Under the pieces are notes generated by a model. That model saw nothing but the letters and a program-made list of their open reading frames with translations, did not search any database and was not told the DNA's origin. Made by a program: the position numbers and the translations under genes. From Macrostomum lignano (taxonomy: Eukaryota), in the NCBI GenBank assembly GCA_002269645.1, contig NIVC01004664.1, positions 1 to 38,811 of the forward strand: a stretch of DNA of 38,811 bases, in the 5' to 3' direction. Positions 26,201 through 38,811 of this stretch are shown here, one piece after another; within the stretch, counting starts at the first letter, position 1; each line of letters begins with the position of its first letter.

Positions 26201-27699
26201 TGAAGGATCTGGTAGGGTGGTGAAGGATCTGGGAGGGTAGTGAAGGATCTGGTAGGGTGGTGAAGGATCTGGGAGGGTGGTGGAGGATCTGCAAAGGTGA
26301 TGGAGGATCTGGGAGGGTAGTGAAGGATCTGGTAGGGTGGTGAAGGATCTGGGAGGGTGGTGGAGGATCTGCAAAGGTGATGGAGGATCTGGGAGGGTAG
26401 TGAAGGATCTGGTAGGGTGGTGAAGGATCTGGGAGGGTAGTGAAGGATCTGGGAGGGTGGTGGAGGATCTGCAAAGGTGATGGAGGATCTGGGAGGGTAG
26501 TGAAGGATCTGGTAGGGTGGTGAAGGATCTGGGAGGGTAGTGAAGGATCTGGTAGGGTGGTGAAGGATCTGGGAGGGTGGTGGAGGATCTGCAAAGGTGA
26601 TGGAGGATCTGGGAGGGTAGTGAAGGATCTGGGAGGGTCGTGAAGGATCTGGTAGGGTGGTGGAGGATCTGGGAGGGTGGTGGAGGATCTGCAAAGGTGA
26701 TGAAGGATCTGGGAGGGTAGTGAAGGATCTGGGAGGGTAGTGAAGGATCTGGTAGGGTCGTGAAGGATCTGGTAGGGTGGTGGAGGATCTGGGAGGGTGG
26801 TGGAGGATCTTCAAAGGTGATGGAGGATCTGGGAGGGTAGTGAAGGATCTGGGAGGGTAGTGAAGGATCTGGGAGGGTCGTGAAGGATCTGGTAGGGTGG
26901 TGGAGGATCTGGGAGGGTGGTGGAGGATCTGCAAAGGTGATGGAGGATCTGGGAGGGTAGTGAAGGATCTGGGAGGGTAGTGAAGGATCTGGTAGGGTCG
27001 TGAAGGATCTGGGAGGGTGGTGGAGGATCTGGGAGGGTGGTGGAGGATCTGCAAAGGTGATGGAGGATCTGGGAGGGTAGTGAAGGATCTGGGAGGGTAG
27101 TGAAGGATCTGGGAGGGTAGTGAAGGATCTGGGAGGGTCGTGAAGGATCTGGTCCTTCACTTAGCCAGCACTTAACTACTATTCGCTAAAAATTCACATA
27201 TTTCTAATAAGCTAAATCTCTTTGCACAGAGACACATCCAGAAAAGAGATAGGCAGACACAGTGAATTGAAGCAAAATGTATTATTTCAGAAAATAGAAC
27301 GTTGTTTTGTTAAAAGAACTTGCGCCTCTTCGCAGTTTATTTTATAGCGAATCAATAGTGTATATAAAAAACAGTATAGTTATTGAACAAGGCTTAAGAA
27401 ATAGTGTACATAAAAATCAAATCAATAAACTCTTTTTTCAGAGGCGGCACACATTGTATTTTACACTAGTAGTATTTATCACAGAAGGAATTTAGGACGG
27501 AACCGCAAAATATATTACTACTAGTAGATCAAACGAGGCGGAAAACCAAATAGGAAGGGAAGTTTAAGTAAGGTAGCCGAATAAAGAGTTGGAGTGAGAA
27601 GAATAGAGAAATAAAAAAGTTTTGCTACAGCTTTTAAAGTACACACAGTGAATTTCTCCAATCAGTTGCATACTCAATGGACCTCTCCCTTTTGGCCAT
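20289..27699 (-). CDS. raw: Raw/OLRN-1-like protein: two tandem modules of degenerate EF-hand + nucleoside 2-deoxyribosyltransferase-like domain, 7 exons, about 597 aa
   Basis: Exons 27699-27674, 25257-25130, 24610-24174, 23398-23190, 23090-22970, 22340-21825, 20645-20289; all GT-AG, phases consistent, 1794 nt. Internal duplication: VFLGGACNPTTWRSDTAVPFLVKERISFYNPQVDSW vs VFLGGTCGRSRWRDDAAIPRLQAAGISYYNPQVSNW. The family name is from recalled motifs. The 26-nt first exon (MAKRERSI-E) is the least certain part. Confidence 0.7.
20735..21800. repeat. 23-bp minisatellite, Raw-like intron 6
   Basis: ACCAGAATCTCCCATTCCTCATA/C units. Confidence 0.97.
22425..22810. repeat. Degenerate about 21-bp minisatellite, Raw-like intron 5
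   Basis: CTAATTGTGGTCTCTAATCCC-like units. Confidence 0.85.
23560..24098. repeat. 34-bp minisatellite, Raw-like intron 3
   Basis: GAAGGTCACGAGATGGTTAAAGTGATGTCCATTT units. Confidence 0.95.
24825..25085. repeat. Degenerate CA-rich simple repeat, Raw-like intron 2
   Basis: CACACGCT / CACACTCT runs. Confidence 0.88.
25658..27151. repeat. About 1.5-kb 20-bp minisatellite, Raw-like intron 1
   Basis: GAAGGATCTGGGAGGGTGGT and variants; source of three long Pro/Ser pseudo-ORFs. Confidence 0.98.
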
Positions 27700-27929
27700 A
27701 GACTATGAAGAGCAAGTCTTAAAAACAGCTTGATTCTCCTACTACTAAGATTGCCTACTGAACAGTAGCAAGTAAAGAATATAAAGCTAATTTCTTTTAG
27801 TGTGTTAAAAGTTCAACTCACGCGAACTTTCCCAGTGCTTGAAGTGCGTTTAACAATGAAAATCCTTAACTATAGCATAATTTTAGTCTCAATAAAACAT
27901 CCCAGTCGAGATTCCTCCAGTTTCTCTAT

Positions 27930-30900
27930 TCATAGCAGCCGCATCAAGCTGCTAGGCGTGCCGGAGGCGGCGGCGGCGTTGCCCCCGTGTCCGGCGCCGC
28001 TAGTCGCTTTGCTGCCGGTGCCGCTGGAACGCATCCGGCCTCGACTGCCAGCGGCTGCGGCAGCGGCGGCTGCAGCCTCCGCCTCCTGCTGCTGCCGCTT
28101 CCTATTGAGCAAGTAGGCCTGATAAGCGCCAGGCGGCAGCGTCGCCGAGGCGTCCGTCCGTTTAGCGGCCGATTCGCGCACCTTGTCCTGAAAGGTCGGG
28201 ATCTTCTGGCGCGGCCTAGGGATCAACTGCAGCGAGCCCGGCTTGCAATGGCTCGGCACGCCGACCTCAGGCAGCGTATCGGCCGAAGCTGCCGTCTCCG
28301 CCGCCGGGGCCTCGTCGTCATCGTCTGCATCGGCGATCTCGTCCAGTGGCACATCCTCCTCAGTGTGGTGCGTCACCGCCGTGTCCGGTCGACTGGCCGA
28401 TCGCCGCTCGGCCGCCGTAGTCGGCAACCCGGCCACCGCCTCGGCCAGCAAGTCGCGCAGCCGACGCAGCAGACGTTCGCCGTCGGCCTCGCCGACAGGC
28501 ATCTGCAGTGCCTGTTTGAGAATATCGGCTGCGGCGCTGACGCCGGCCCGGGCGGCCTCGTTCTCGGCTTCGGCTCTGCTGAGATCGTCCTCGGCGGCCC
28601 GTTTCAAGGACTCCTGCTCGTCCAGCTGTTGGGCCAGCGATTCGATCTCTTCGCGCTGCTCTTCTACCTATATAAATTTTAGATTATTGAGATTAGACAC
28701 TGTACTCATTGTTGCACGCGTAATTGTTTTGTCTTCCTGTTAATTTATTGACTTTTTGCAGTGCTTTTTTGCGTGATCTCTACCCCACCACTCCCTTCAT
28801 CTCTACCCCACCACTCCCTTCATCTCTACCCCACCACTCCCTTCATCTCTACCCCACCACTCCCTTCATCTCTACCCCACCACTCCCTTCATCTCTACCC
28901 CACCACTCCCTTCATCTCTACCCCACCACTCCCTTCATCCCTACTACACTGCTGCCTTAATCTTTACACCACCACTCCCTTCATCTCTACCCCACCACTC
29001 CCTTCATCCCTACTACACTGCTGCCTTAATCTCTACACCACCACTCCCTTCATCCCTACTACACTGCTGCCTTAATCTCTACACCACCACTCCCTTCATC
29101 TCTACCCCACCACTCCCTTCATCCCTACTACACTGCTGCCTTAATCTCGACACCACCACTCCCTTCATCTCTACCCCACCACTCCCTTCATCCCTACTAC
29201 ACTGCTGCCTTAATCTCGACACCACCACTCCCTTCATCTCTACCCCACCACTCCCTTCATCCCTACTACACTACTGCCTTCATCTCTACTCCATCATTCC
29301 CTTTATCTCTACTCCACCACTCCCTTCATCTCTACTCCACCATTCCCTTCATCTCTACTCCACCATTCCCTTCATCTCTAATCCACCAATCCCTTCATCT
29401 CTACTCCACCACTCCCTTCATCTCTACTCCATCATTCCCTTCGTCTCTACTCCACCACTCCCTGTATCTCTACTCTACCACTCCCTTCATCTATCTGTCA
29501 TACATCACTACCTGTGCATTCCTAATCAGAAGAATTCTCCCCCTCCGCACTTGAATTGCCCGGAAACAAGCAGCAACGAAGACTCAGAAAGACAAACAAG
29601 AAGCCCCGTAACCGCACCTGAACGCGCAGGTTTTCGCTCTCCCGTTCCATGGCTTCCATTTCGGCCTCGCGTCGCTTGAACTCGTCAACAAGCAGGTCGA
29701 GCTCCTTCCGTTTCTGGCGCAGCATCAGTATGATGCGCTGGTGGCAGGCAAACTTAGTGGCCGACTCTTTCTGGCCGCGCTCCAGCTCCGCTATGCGACG
29801 GCGCTGCTCGCGAAGGCGCTTACGAATCTCCGCGTTCTCCTCCATCAGCTCCACCTGATCACGGGTTGGTTGTATAATCTGTATTGTCTCTAACAAACCA
29901 CAATAGGCTTAATTTAGGTTTAAAAATAGAAGTTAATAGCAATACACATAGCACCTTCACGCTGACTCCTGAGCACATTCAACAAGCTCGCCAATGCTGT
30001 ACGCAGGCACGCACTCATACACACGCTCACACAGGGTGTACAACAGCTCTATCTATTCGTCAGACATGTACACTCTCTTGGCGGCTGGCCCTCATGGGCA
30101 CGACAACCCATCGGCCAATTTTTGTGCACACGAGCCCCAAATGAACGCGTTTGCGCACGGAATCGAACCAGGGCTCGTGATGCGAGAGTCAGACCCGTTT
30201 ACCTCTGAGCTGCTCCTCCCCCAATACATCAATCATTTGAAATTTAATTTAAAAAGTTGCATATTTCATAGAGCTGCTAGCCTATTACAGCTTCATTTTG
30301 CACTCGCTTACGGTGCTTGTCTAGAGACATACTCAGCCGTGAACTAATAATAATAACTGATTACACCTGCACTGACGGGCAGATTTGCAACTGGCAGCTC
30401 AGCCGCAGCTATTAATTGCGCAGCGCATCTGAAGGCTGCGTACCGATGTTCAGTCCAAGGATTGGGGGGTCGTCTCCATACACAGTCTCAACTACCCCAG
30501 CTAATGCTGGCACCCATTTTACAGCTGGGTGAACTGACCCACTAACTTGCTCACCTGTTTCTCAGACATCTTGAACATCTGCGATTGTATAGACACATTC
30601 TCTCGAATAGTTCGCTTAGTAGTTTCGGCCATTTGTTTGTTAGAAACTTTGCGAAAATCCGCCGCCACGTGGTTAACTCGGGTCACCATGTCCTTTTTAA
30701 GCCGGTCTCTGTCCAGCTGGCGGGGTTAAACAAACAATCGTAGAATAAAATCACAAATTTAAATGGAAAATTTGACATAAAAAGTAACAAAAAAATCAGT
30801 GATAATTTCCTACCAGATTTTTAGCGTGAATCCTCTGCTTAGCAGCCTCGTGATCCTCCAGCATCTTGTTAAACTCCTCAGTGAGCGCATTGTACCTGGC

Positions 30901-31383
30901 TATGATGACTTCGCGATCCCGTTTAAACTCTTCTAACGAGGCTAATTTGGTTGCGGCCAAGTTGTTCTCGCTGGTCAGCTGGTCCTTCATCTCCTGGAAC
31001 TCGGTGCGAAGCCGCTGCAACAGCTGCTCCCATTCTTCTTTTTTCTGCTCCTTGAGCTGGCGCTGACCGGTGAGTCGGTCCTGCAGCTCGGCAATTTCGT
31101 CGTCCCTCTGCTCCATGGTCTTCTTGAGAAAGGCGACCGAGTCTTGGCGAGTCTTGCTGCTGTCCTCGAATGCGCTGAGCAGCTGGCTGTTCACCTGCTC
31201 GAGCTGGCGGTGCTTCTCCTGGTAGCGAGCGAGCCGGCGCTCCCAGTCCTGGATGTGCTCAAGCAGCTGCTCAAGCGACAACTCGTAGCTATAATCTGGC
31301 CCCTCCTCTTCTTCTTGCTCCTCGGCTTCGTCTTCTCGCTTGCCTTTGCTAGCCTTCTTGCCAGCTTTCTTCTTTGGCGGCAT
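27930..31383 (-). CDS. CFAP157: Cilia- and flagella-associated coiled-coil protein, CFAP157-like, 4 exons, about 568 aa
   Basis: Exons 31383-30814, 30716-30555, 29854-29618, 28667-27930; all GT-AG, phase 0, 1707 nt. Recalled CFAP157-like segments: MPPKKK N-terminus, HIQDWERRLARYQ, VAFLKKT, EFQEMKDQLTSEN..KLASLEEF, DRLKKDMVTRVNHVAADFRKV...ETTKRTIREN, HQRIILML, KPGSLQLIPRP. Confidence 0.8.
28776..29495. repeat. 23-bp minisatellite, CFAP157 intron 3
   Basis: CTCTACCCCACCACTCCCTTCAT units with interleaved CCTACTACACTGCTGCCTTAAT units. Confidence 0.95.
29950..30222 (-). mobile_element. tRNA-headed SINE-like element, family B, copy 2
   Basis: Minus strand: A box-like CAGCTCAGAGG, B box GGTTCGATTCC; body homologous to 16183-16470. 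Confidence 0.65.
30345..30537 (-). mobile_element. CORE-type SINE, family A, copy 3 (5'-truncated)
   Basis: Aligns with about 7396-7577, including the (ATT)n tail; begins inside the CORE domain about 17 nt from the CFAP157 exon-2 donor. Confidence 0.78.
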
Positions 31384-31489
31384 CTTTTCTTTTCAAAGGC
31401 TGATTGACGTGCAGATAGTTGATTAATATTTGGTGGCTGACGAGCATGCAACAGGAGGTTAAGTGCTTTATGTTAATACGAGGGTGTCC

Positions 31490-32140
31490 ATTCAGCGTGT
31501 GTCTCTTAGTATCTATCTATGTGTCCTAGCATCCGTCTATGTGTCCGTTTTAGTGTCTCTTAGTATCCATCCATGTGTCCTAGCATCCGTCTATGTGTCC
31601 GTTTTAGCGTGTCTTAGTATCCATCCATGTGTCCTAGCATCCGTCTATGCGTCCGTTTTAGTGTGTCTTAGTATCTATCCATCCATGTGTCCTAGCATCC
31701 GTCTATGTGTCCGTTTTAGTGTCTCTTAGTATCCATCCATGTGTCCTAGCATCCGTCTATGTGTCCGTTTTAGCGTGTCTTAGTATCCATCCATGTGTCC
31801 TAGCATCCGTCTATGCGTCCGTTTTAGTGTGTCTTAGTATCTATCCATCCATGTGTCCTAGCATCCGTCTATGCGTCCGTTTTAGTGTGTCTTAGTATCC
31901 ATCCATGTGTCCTAGCATCCGTCTGTGTGTTTCAGTGTGTCTTAGTATCCATCCATGTGTCCTAGCATCCGTCTATGCGTCCGTTTTAGTGTGTCTTAGT
32001 ATCTATCCATCCATGTGTCCTAGCATCCGTCTATGCGTCCGTTTTAGTGTGTCTTAGTATCCATCCATGTGTCCTAGCATCCGTCTGTGTGTTTCAGTGT
32101 GTCTTAGTATCCATCTGTGTCCTAGCATCCGTCTATACAC
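31490..32140. repeat. 54-58-bp minisatellite upstream of the CFAP157 ATG
   Basis: TAGCATCCGTCTATGCGTCCGTTTTAGTGTGTCTTAGTAT(CTAT)CCATCCATGTGTCC units. Confidence 0.95.
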
Positions 32141-32379
32141 CGTTTGAAATAAAGCAGAAAGAAGACAACCGCAGAAGCAGAAGCCCAGCTGCAAGCCAAC
32201 TACGCATCAGCTCTCATCTCATATCAAGCCGACGTTTGGGGGTGTTTCAAAAGTAACGAGAATTTTGTTATAATCCATAAAAATAAAGACTTTCTGTGAC
32301 AATATTTGCGTTCTCCGAGATTTTATTTGGTAATATTCAATAATATCCCGTAAAGTCTTTATGTCTATGGTTTATACGA

Positions 32380-32790
32380 GATTACACATGCCTTTTTCGG
32401 GAGTTATTTTCATAAATCCCTCGGGCCTCAGGCCCTCGTGATTTATACAAATAACTCCCTCAAAAGGCATGTTTAATCTGATACATAACTTTTGATGGGA
32501 TGTACGTATGAACCTGAAATTTTCACCCAACAATATGAACAACTAAAAGCTTTATATTTTAAGCCTTATATAGCTGCAAGCAACTGTGTAACCGTAAATG
32601 AAAATCCATGCCTCGAGATTGAAGATTACGATTTTTGTCTATGGCAAAAAGACTCAAAAAGTTTAAAATTTGAAGGCGTTTAAACTTCAAATTGTTTGAA
32701 GTTTAAACAATTTGAATTTAAACAATTAATGGTTGTTTAAACAATTTAAACAACCATAGACAATTGCAAAAAAGCAATTGTCTATGGTTG
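32380..32790. repeat. Cluster of four palindromes/hairpins (possible non-autonomous DNA transposon remnant)
   Basis: 49-bp arms 32380-32428/32430-32478 (41/49 match); perfect 14-bp (32678-32708), 13-bp (32729-32757) and 17-bp (32751-32790) stems. Confidence 0.8.
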
Positions 32791-34098
32791 CTGAGTCTAT
32801 GGAGCAAACACACATGGGAAGGAATCGGTTTGCGCGCAGTGTTCAGCCTGGCTAACATTAGTCTATGGCCAAAACTTGTGTTGAAATCAACAGGCTCTTA
32901 TGGATTCTTGTGCAGTCAACTTTCATGGGAGAGTCAATTGCTTGTTTGTCTTTTTCTCACTTTTTTTCTCTAACCTTTATGTACATAACACTGGCCTGTT
33001 CACACGCGCTCCTTCGAATAAACTTTTTCTTGACCACATCATGGAGCTGAGATCCGCAGCTTTCATTTGAATCAAGTTACAATTGAAACGGACTGAAATT
33101 ATGTCCGCTAGAAGACATAGTAGCAAGGGTTCCGGAACTTTTGACGGACAGTAGTTTCAGTGCATTATTGCAGTGTGTGAATTCTCATAAACGGTGATCA
33201 CATCAGCTGCAAGCTGGAACCCGCACTCATCGGGGTCAGGCAATAATTCATTGGGTAAACAATAGCGCTAAACTCTGTGCATGCAATCCCAAATACAGGA
33301 AAAGAGCCCGGCGTGGGCTACAGCATGTACATGTATACGCTTCACTGCCAATCCAGTTTTTTTCGGATAGAGAGGAGATGGGAAAGAGACTTTTGGTTGA
33401 GGCTTAATCGCTAGGCAAATATGCATACCTAATGTGTACCCACATCAGTACGGGCTTAATTACCTAAATGTATGTACACTCAGTGTCGCTAACAGGAGGC
33501 AGTAATGCCGGATACAGAATACGAAACAATTCTGCATCAAACAGGTGCTTGCATATTAATGGCAGTATCTACTAAATTGGGAAATAATTTTATACCTATA
33601 TGTGCGAGGATAGATCAAATTGGATGAAACCTAATGTTGTTGCTAAGGGAAAATCTTGATAATAATTGTGGTAGCTAGCGTGCAAGTGCACTACAAGAAA
33701 TGCATATACGAGTATACGCCAGGTCGCGTACAGCAGAAGCTCAAGCCTATACGTAGGCAGTATTAAAATTGAAACACAGCAGCAGATAGGTATGAGAGGC
33801 TGAATGCAGCAACTGTAAACTAGCCAATGAACAACTGCCTGTATAGCCTCTAATTGCATCTCACTGGCTGCCAAGCGCAGGGGAAGCTGCAGAAGAAACA
33901 AAGAGAGGAATGATAGCAGCATATAAGATATTTCTGCCAAGCTGTCCAACAGAGCGCCTGAAAACGCAGCAAGCGAACAGGACTAGTTCGTCAAACACTT
34001 CTTATTAACAATAGGAGCATTTGAAGCGGCTATAGCGAGTAGATTTCTAAGGCGAGACTTAACTGTAACTAAAGAGCGCACAAGCCCCCAACGCAGCC

Positions 34099-36505
34099 AT
34101 GGCTGACAGTGACGCGCGTAAGTGGCTGCTCTGCTTCTTTTGCGTACCCATTTCTGTCATAGTTTTCTTCTTTCAGTTCTTTTCAGTTCGTTCATTTCTA
34201 ACTAATTTCTTTTGCTGCTAGTGATGATTGTGATGATACTTTTTTACATTAACGAACTTCAACGAACCACGGTCAACTTGTCATAGAGTTACGAAACAAC
34301 ACCTCCTATTCAACACAGAACTGAAGGCAGTATTCTCTTATTTTGATCGGGACGGCACTGGCAAGCTGGATGTTAACGAGATTCAAGAGGTGCTTAACGC
34401 ACTCGGACAGTGCATGACGCCAGACGAAATCAAGGAAATTATGCAGAAGGAGGACATTAATTGTAAGCTGAATTTATCAACTAATCTAGCACGATTTTGT
34501 CTGCCTTATAAACAATAAATTAAAAACCCACAGCTGACGGAGCAATGGACATCAAGGAGTTCATTTCGTTCTTCAAAAAATATGGCAAAGAAGCTAATAA
34601 AATAAGTCGGGAGATTCGCGACGCCTTCAAGGTAACGCTTTTATTCTTCTGTCAAATTGCTTAATAAAACGTGCCCATTGGCACGTTGGCAGCAAGTTTC
34701 AAAATAATCGAATTTTAAGGACGTCAAGATACGAGTATCAGCGATTCTTTCCGAAAATCTGGACTTTCAAATACGCGATCTTTTTAATTTTTCGAGTTTA
34801 AAAAATTTAAACCAACGGTTTCCCGATCGTGCAAGTTGTCAATCATAGTACGCTCGTTTTTTTCTCTTTATCATTAGATTAACCGCCCTTCGTAACTTTT
34901 ATGAAAAAAGCTTGATATTTTGTCTTGAAGACATTGGACAAAGTGCTTTGAATTCCGTATGCCTTGAAATATGCTAGTACTTTATACAGCCGTTCTATTG
35001 ATAGTCTTAATTCTATTAATCCACGTCTCACTACAGAAATTCGACAAGCAAGGTCGCGGCTACCTGACCCAGGCCGACTTGGAGAAGATTCTGACCCAGA
35101 CTGGCGCATTTCCATTCAGCAAGGAGGAGGCCGAGATGTGCTTTAAAGCATTCGACACCAACAAGGACGGCAAGATGGACTACGAAGGTAATAAATAATA
35201 CGGATCGAACTTATGTTGTCAAACTAGGAAGGGTCTTCAGATAGTTTAAGATATTTCAAGTCCTTAGTATAACAAGAGTTATACCCCTCTAGTGGTGTCC
35301 CTCCGGTGTTAAACCCCTCTAGTGGTATGTCCCTCCAGCATTATACCCATCTAGTGGTATGTCCCTCCAGCATTATACCCATCTAGTGGTATGTCCCTCC
35401 AGCATTATACCCATCTAGTGGTATGTCCCTCCAGCATTATACCCATCTAGTGGTATGTCCCTCCAGCATTATACCCATCTAGTGGTATGTCCCTCCAGCA
35501 TTATACCCATCTAGTGGTATGTCCCTCCAGCATTATACCCATCTAGTGGTATGTCCCTCCAGCATTATACCCATCTAGTGGTATGTCCCTCCAGCATTAT
35601 ACCCATCTAGTGGTATGTCCCTCCAGCATTATACCCATCTAGTGGTATGTCCCTCCAGCATTATACCCATCTAGTGGTATGTCCCTCCAGCATTATACCC
35701 ATCTAGTGGTATGTCCCTCCAGCATTATACCCATCTAGTGGTATGTCCCTCCAGCATTATACCCATCTAGTGGTATGTCCCTCCAGCATTATACCCATCT
35801 AGTGGTATGTCCCTCCAGCATTATACCCATCTAGTGGTATGTCCCTCCAGCATTATACCCATCTAGTGGTATGTCCCTCCAGCATTATACCCATCTAGTG
35901 GTGTGTACCTCCAGCATTATACCCATCTAGTGGTGTGTACCTCCGGTGTTATACCCCTCTAGTGGTGTGTCCCTCCGGTGTTATACCCCTCCAGTGTTAT
36001 GCCCCTCCAGCATTATACCTCTCTAGTGGTATGTCCCTCCGGTGTTAAACCCCTCTAGTGGTATGTACCTCCGGTGTTATATCCCTCTAGTGGTATGTCC
36101 CTCTGGTGTTATACCCATCTAGTGGTATGTCCCTCCGGTGTTATACCCCTCTAGTGGTATGTACCTCCGGTGTTATACCCCTCTAGTGGTATGTCCCTCT
36201 GGTGTTACACCCCTCTAGTGGTATGTCCCTCCGGTGTTATACCCCTCTAGTGGTATGTCCCTCCGGTGTTATACCCCTCTAGTGGTATGTACCTCCAGTG
36301 TTATGCCCCTCCAGTGTTATACTCATTCAGTGTTATACCCCAGCAGTGATATATCCTCCAGTTTTTCAGTGAGTAATGCTTTTTTAAAGAAATTCTAATA
36401 ATTCTTTATACCCACAACCCAAACTATATTGTTGCAGAGTTTGCCAACTTCCTGTGTGCCATCTGCCCGAGCTTTGACGATCTGGAGAAGCTGAACAATA
36501 AGTGA
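34099..36505 (+). CDS. Calmodulin-like four-EF-hand protein, 5 exons, 159 aa
   Basis: Exons 34099-34117, 34319-34462, 34534-34631, 35037-35187, 36438-36505; GT-AG, phase-consistent, 480 nt. Loops DRDGTGKLDVNE, DINSDGAMDIKE, DKQGRGYLTQAD (degenerate), DTNKDGKMDYEE. Too divergent to be canonical calmodulin. Confidence 0.87.
35279..36345. repeat. 32-bp minisatellite, calmodulin-like gene intron 4
   Basis: CTAGTGGTATGTCCCTCCAGCATTATACCCAT; near-identical core about 35340-35900 with diverged flanks. Confidence 0.97.
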
Positions 36506-37006
36506 AAAAGCGTGAATTCAATGACAGTAGAAATGAACCTATCAGTAACAGCCACGCCAGTTCAAAACTATTTTGACCTATACCATGCTAATCCAACACG
36601 TTTGCCTAAAAAAAGACCCTACCTAAACATTGGCTAATTTGCTTCTGTTAAAACATTTAAAATAAATAGATAAACAACAAAAGTAATAAAAACGCATTGT
36701 GACTACTGTTAGTAGTGCAAAATTCAAGATTTACTTTCTTTCAATTAACCACGCAAAAGGAAGAGCAACACTACAGGCAACAATGGGTTTGGTTACTTCA
36801 CATGGCAATGACTAATAAACGTCAGGCTGCTATAAAAACTACTCAGCACCAAGTTAGTACTGTTTAGTAGATAGAAGAGTTAATATAAAGCAATAAAATT
36901 CTAACAACCGGATTTAACAGATTTGCGACTGCAGATAAATTTGAAACGGTCATGATTAGCAAGAAAAAATGCGTTATTACACACACACACACACACAGAG
37001 AGAGAA

Positions 37007-38811
<1,805 letters not shown>

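Noticed and set aside
25595-27160. Three long Pro/Ser/His-rich ORFs (321-521 aa) resembling extensin or mucin
   Set aside because: All come from a stop-free 20-bp minisatellite read in three frames, inside Raw-like intron 1.
33596-33949. 117-aa minus-strand ORF and other short ORFs in 32047-33949
   Set aside because: AT-rich composition unlike the real exons, no splice-compatible partners and no recognisable motifs.

Overview
Eukaryotic (animal) genomic DNA, not prokaryotic. GC-rich exons with GT-AG introns sit among AT-rich spacers and about 24 distinct micro/minisatellite arrays. Hand-splicing gives six genes. Five are consecutive on the minus strand, in transcription order: CFAP157-like, a Raw/OLRN-1-like protein (two degenerate EF-hand + nucleoside-deoxyribosyltransferase-like modules), mitochondrial TyrRS (YARS2), SPRTN, and thimet oligopeptidase (with a 1-nt frameshift in its last exon). 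A 4-EF-hand calmodulin-like gene lies head-to-head on the plus strand. Two tRNA-derived SINE families are present (one with a MIR-like CORE domain), plus several hairpin/foldback elements. The most interesting signals point to operon-like organisation with spliced-leader trans-splicing. The SPRTN coding exon has no usable ATG and opens in phase 0 after a splice acceptor, so a flatworm-type SL ending in AUG would supply the start codon. The Raw-like ATG lies only 230 nt after the CFAP157 stop. The style (GC-rich exons, minisatellite-filled introns) suggests a flatworm such as Macrostomum, but that is inference. All gene names come from recalled motif similarity; no database search was run. Repeat boundaries are approximate.
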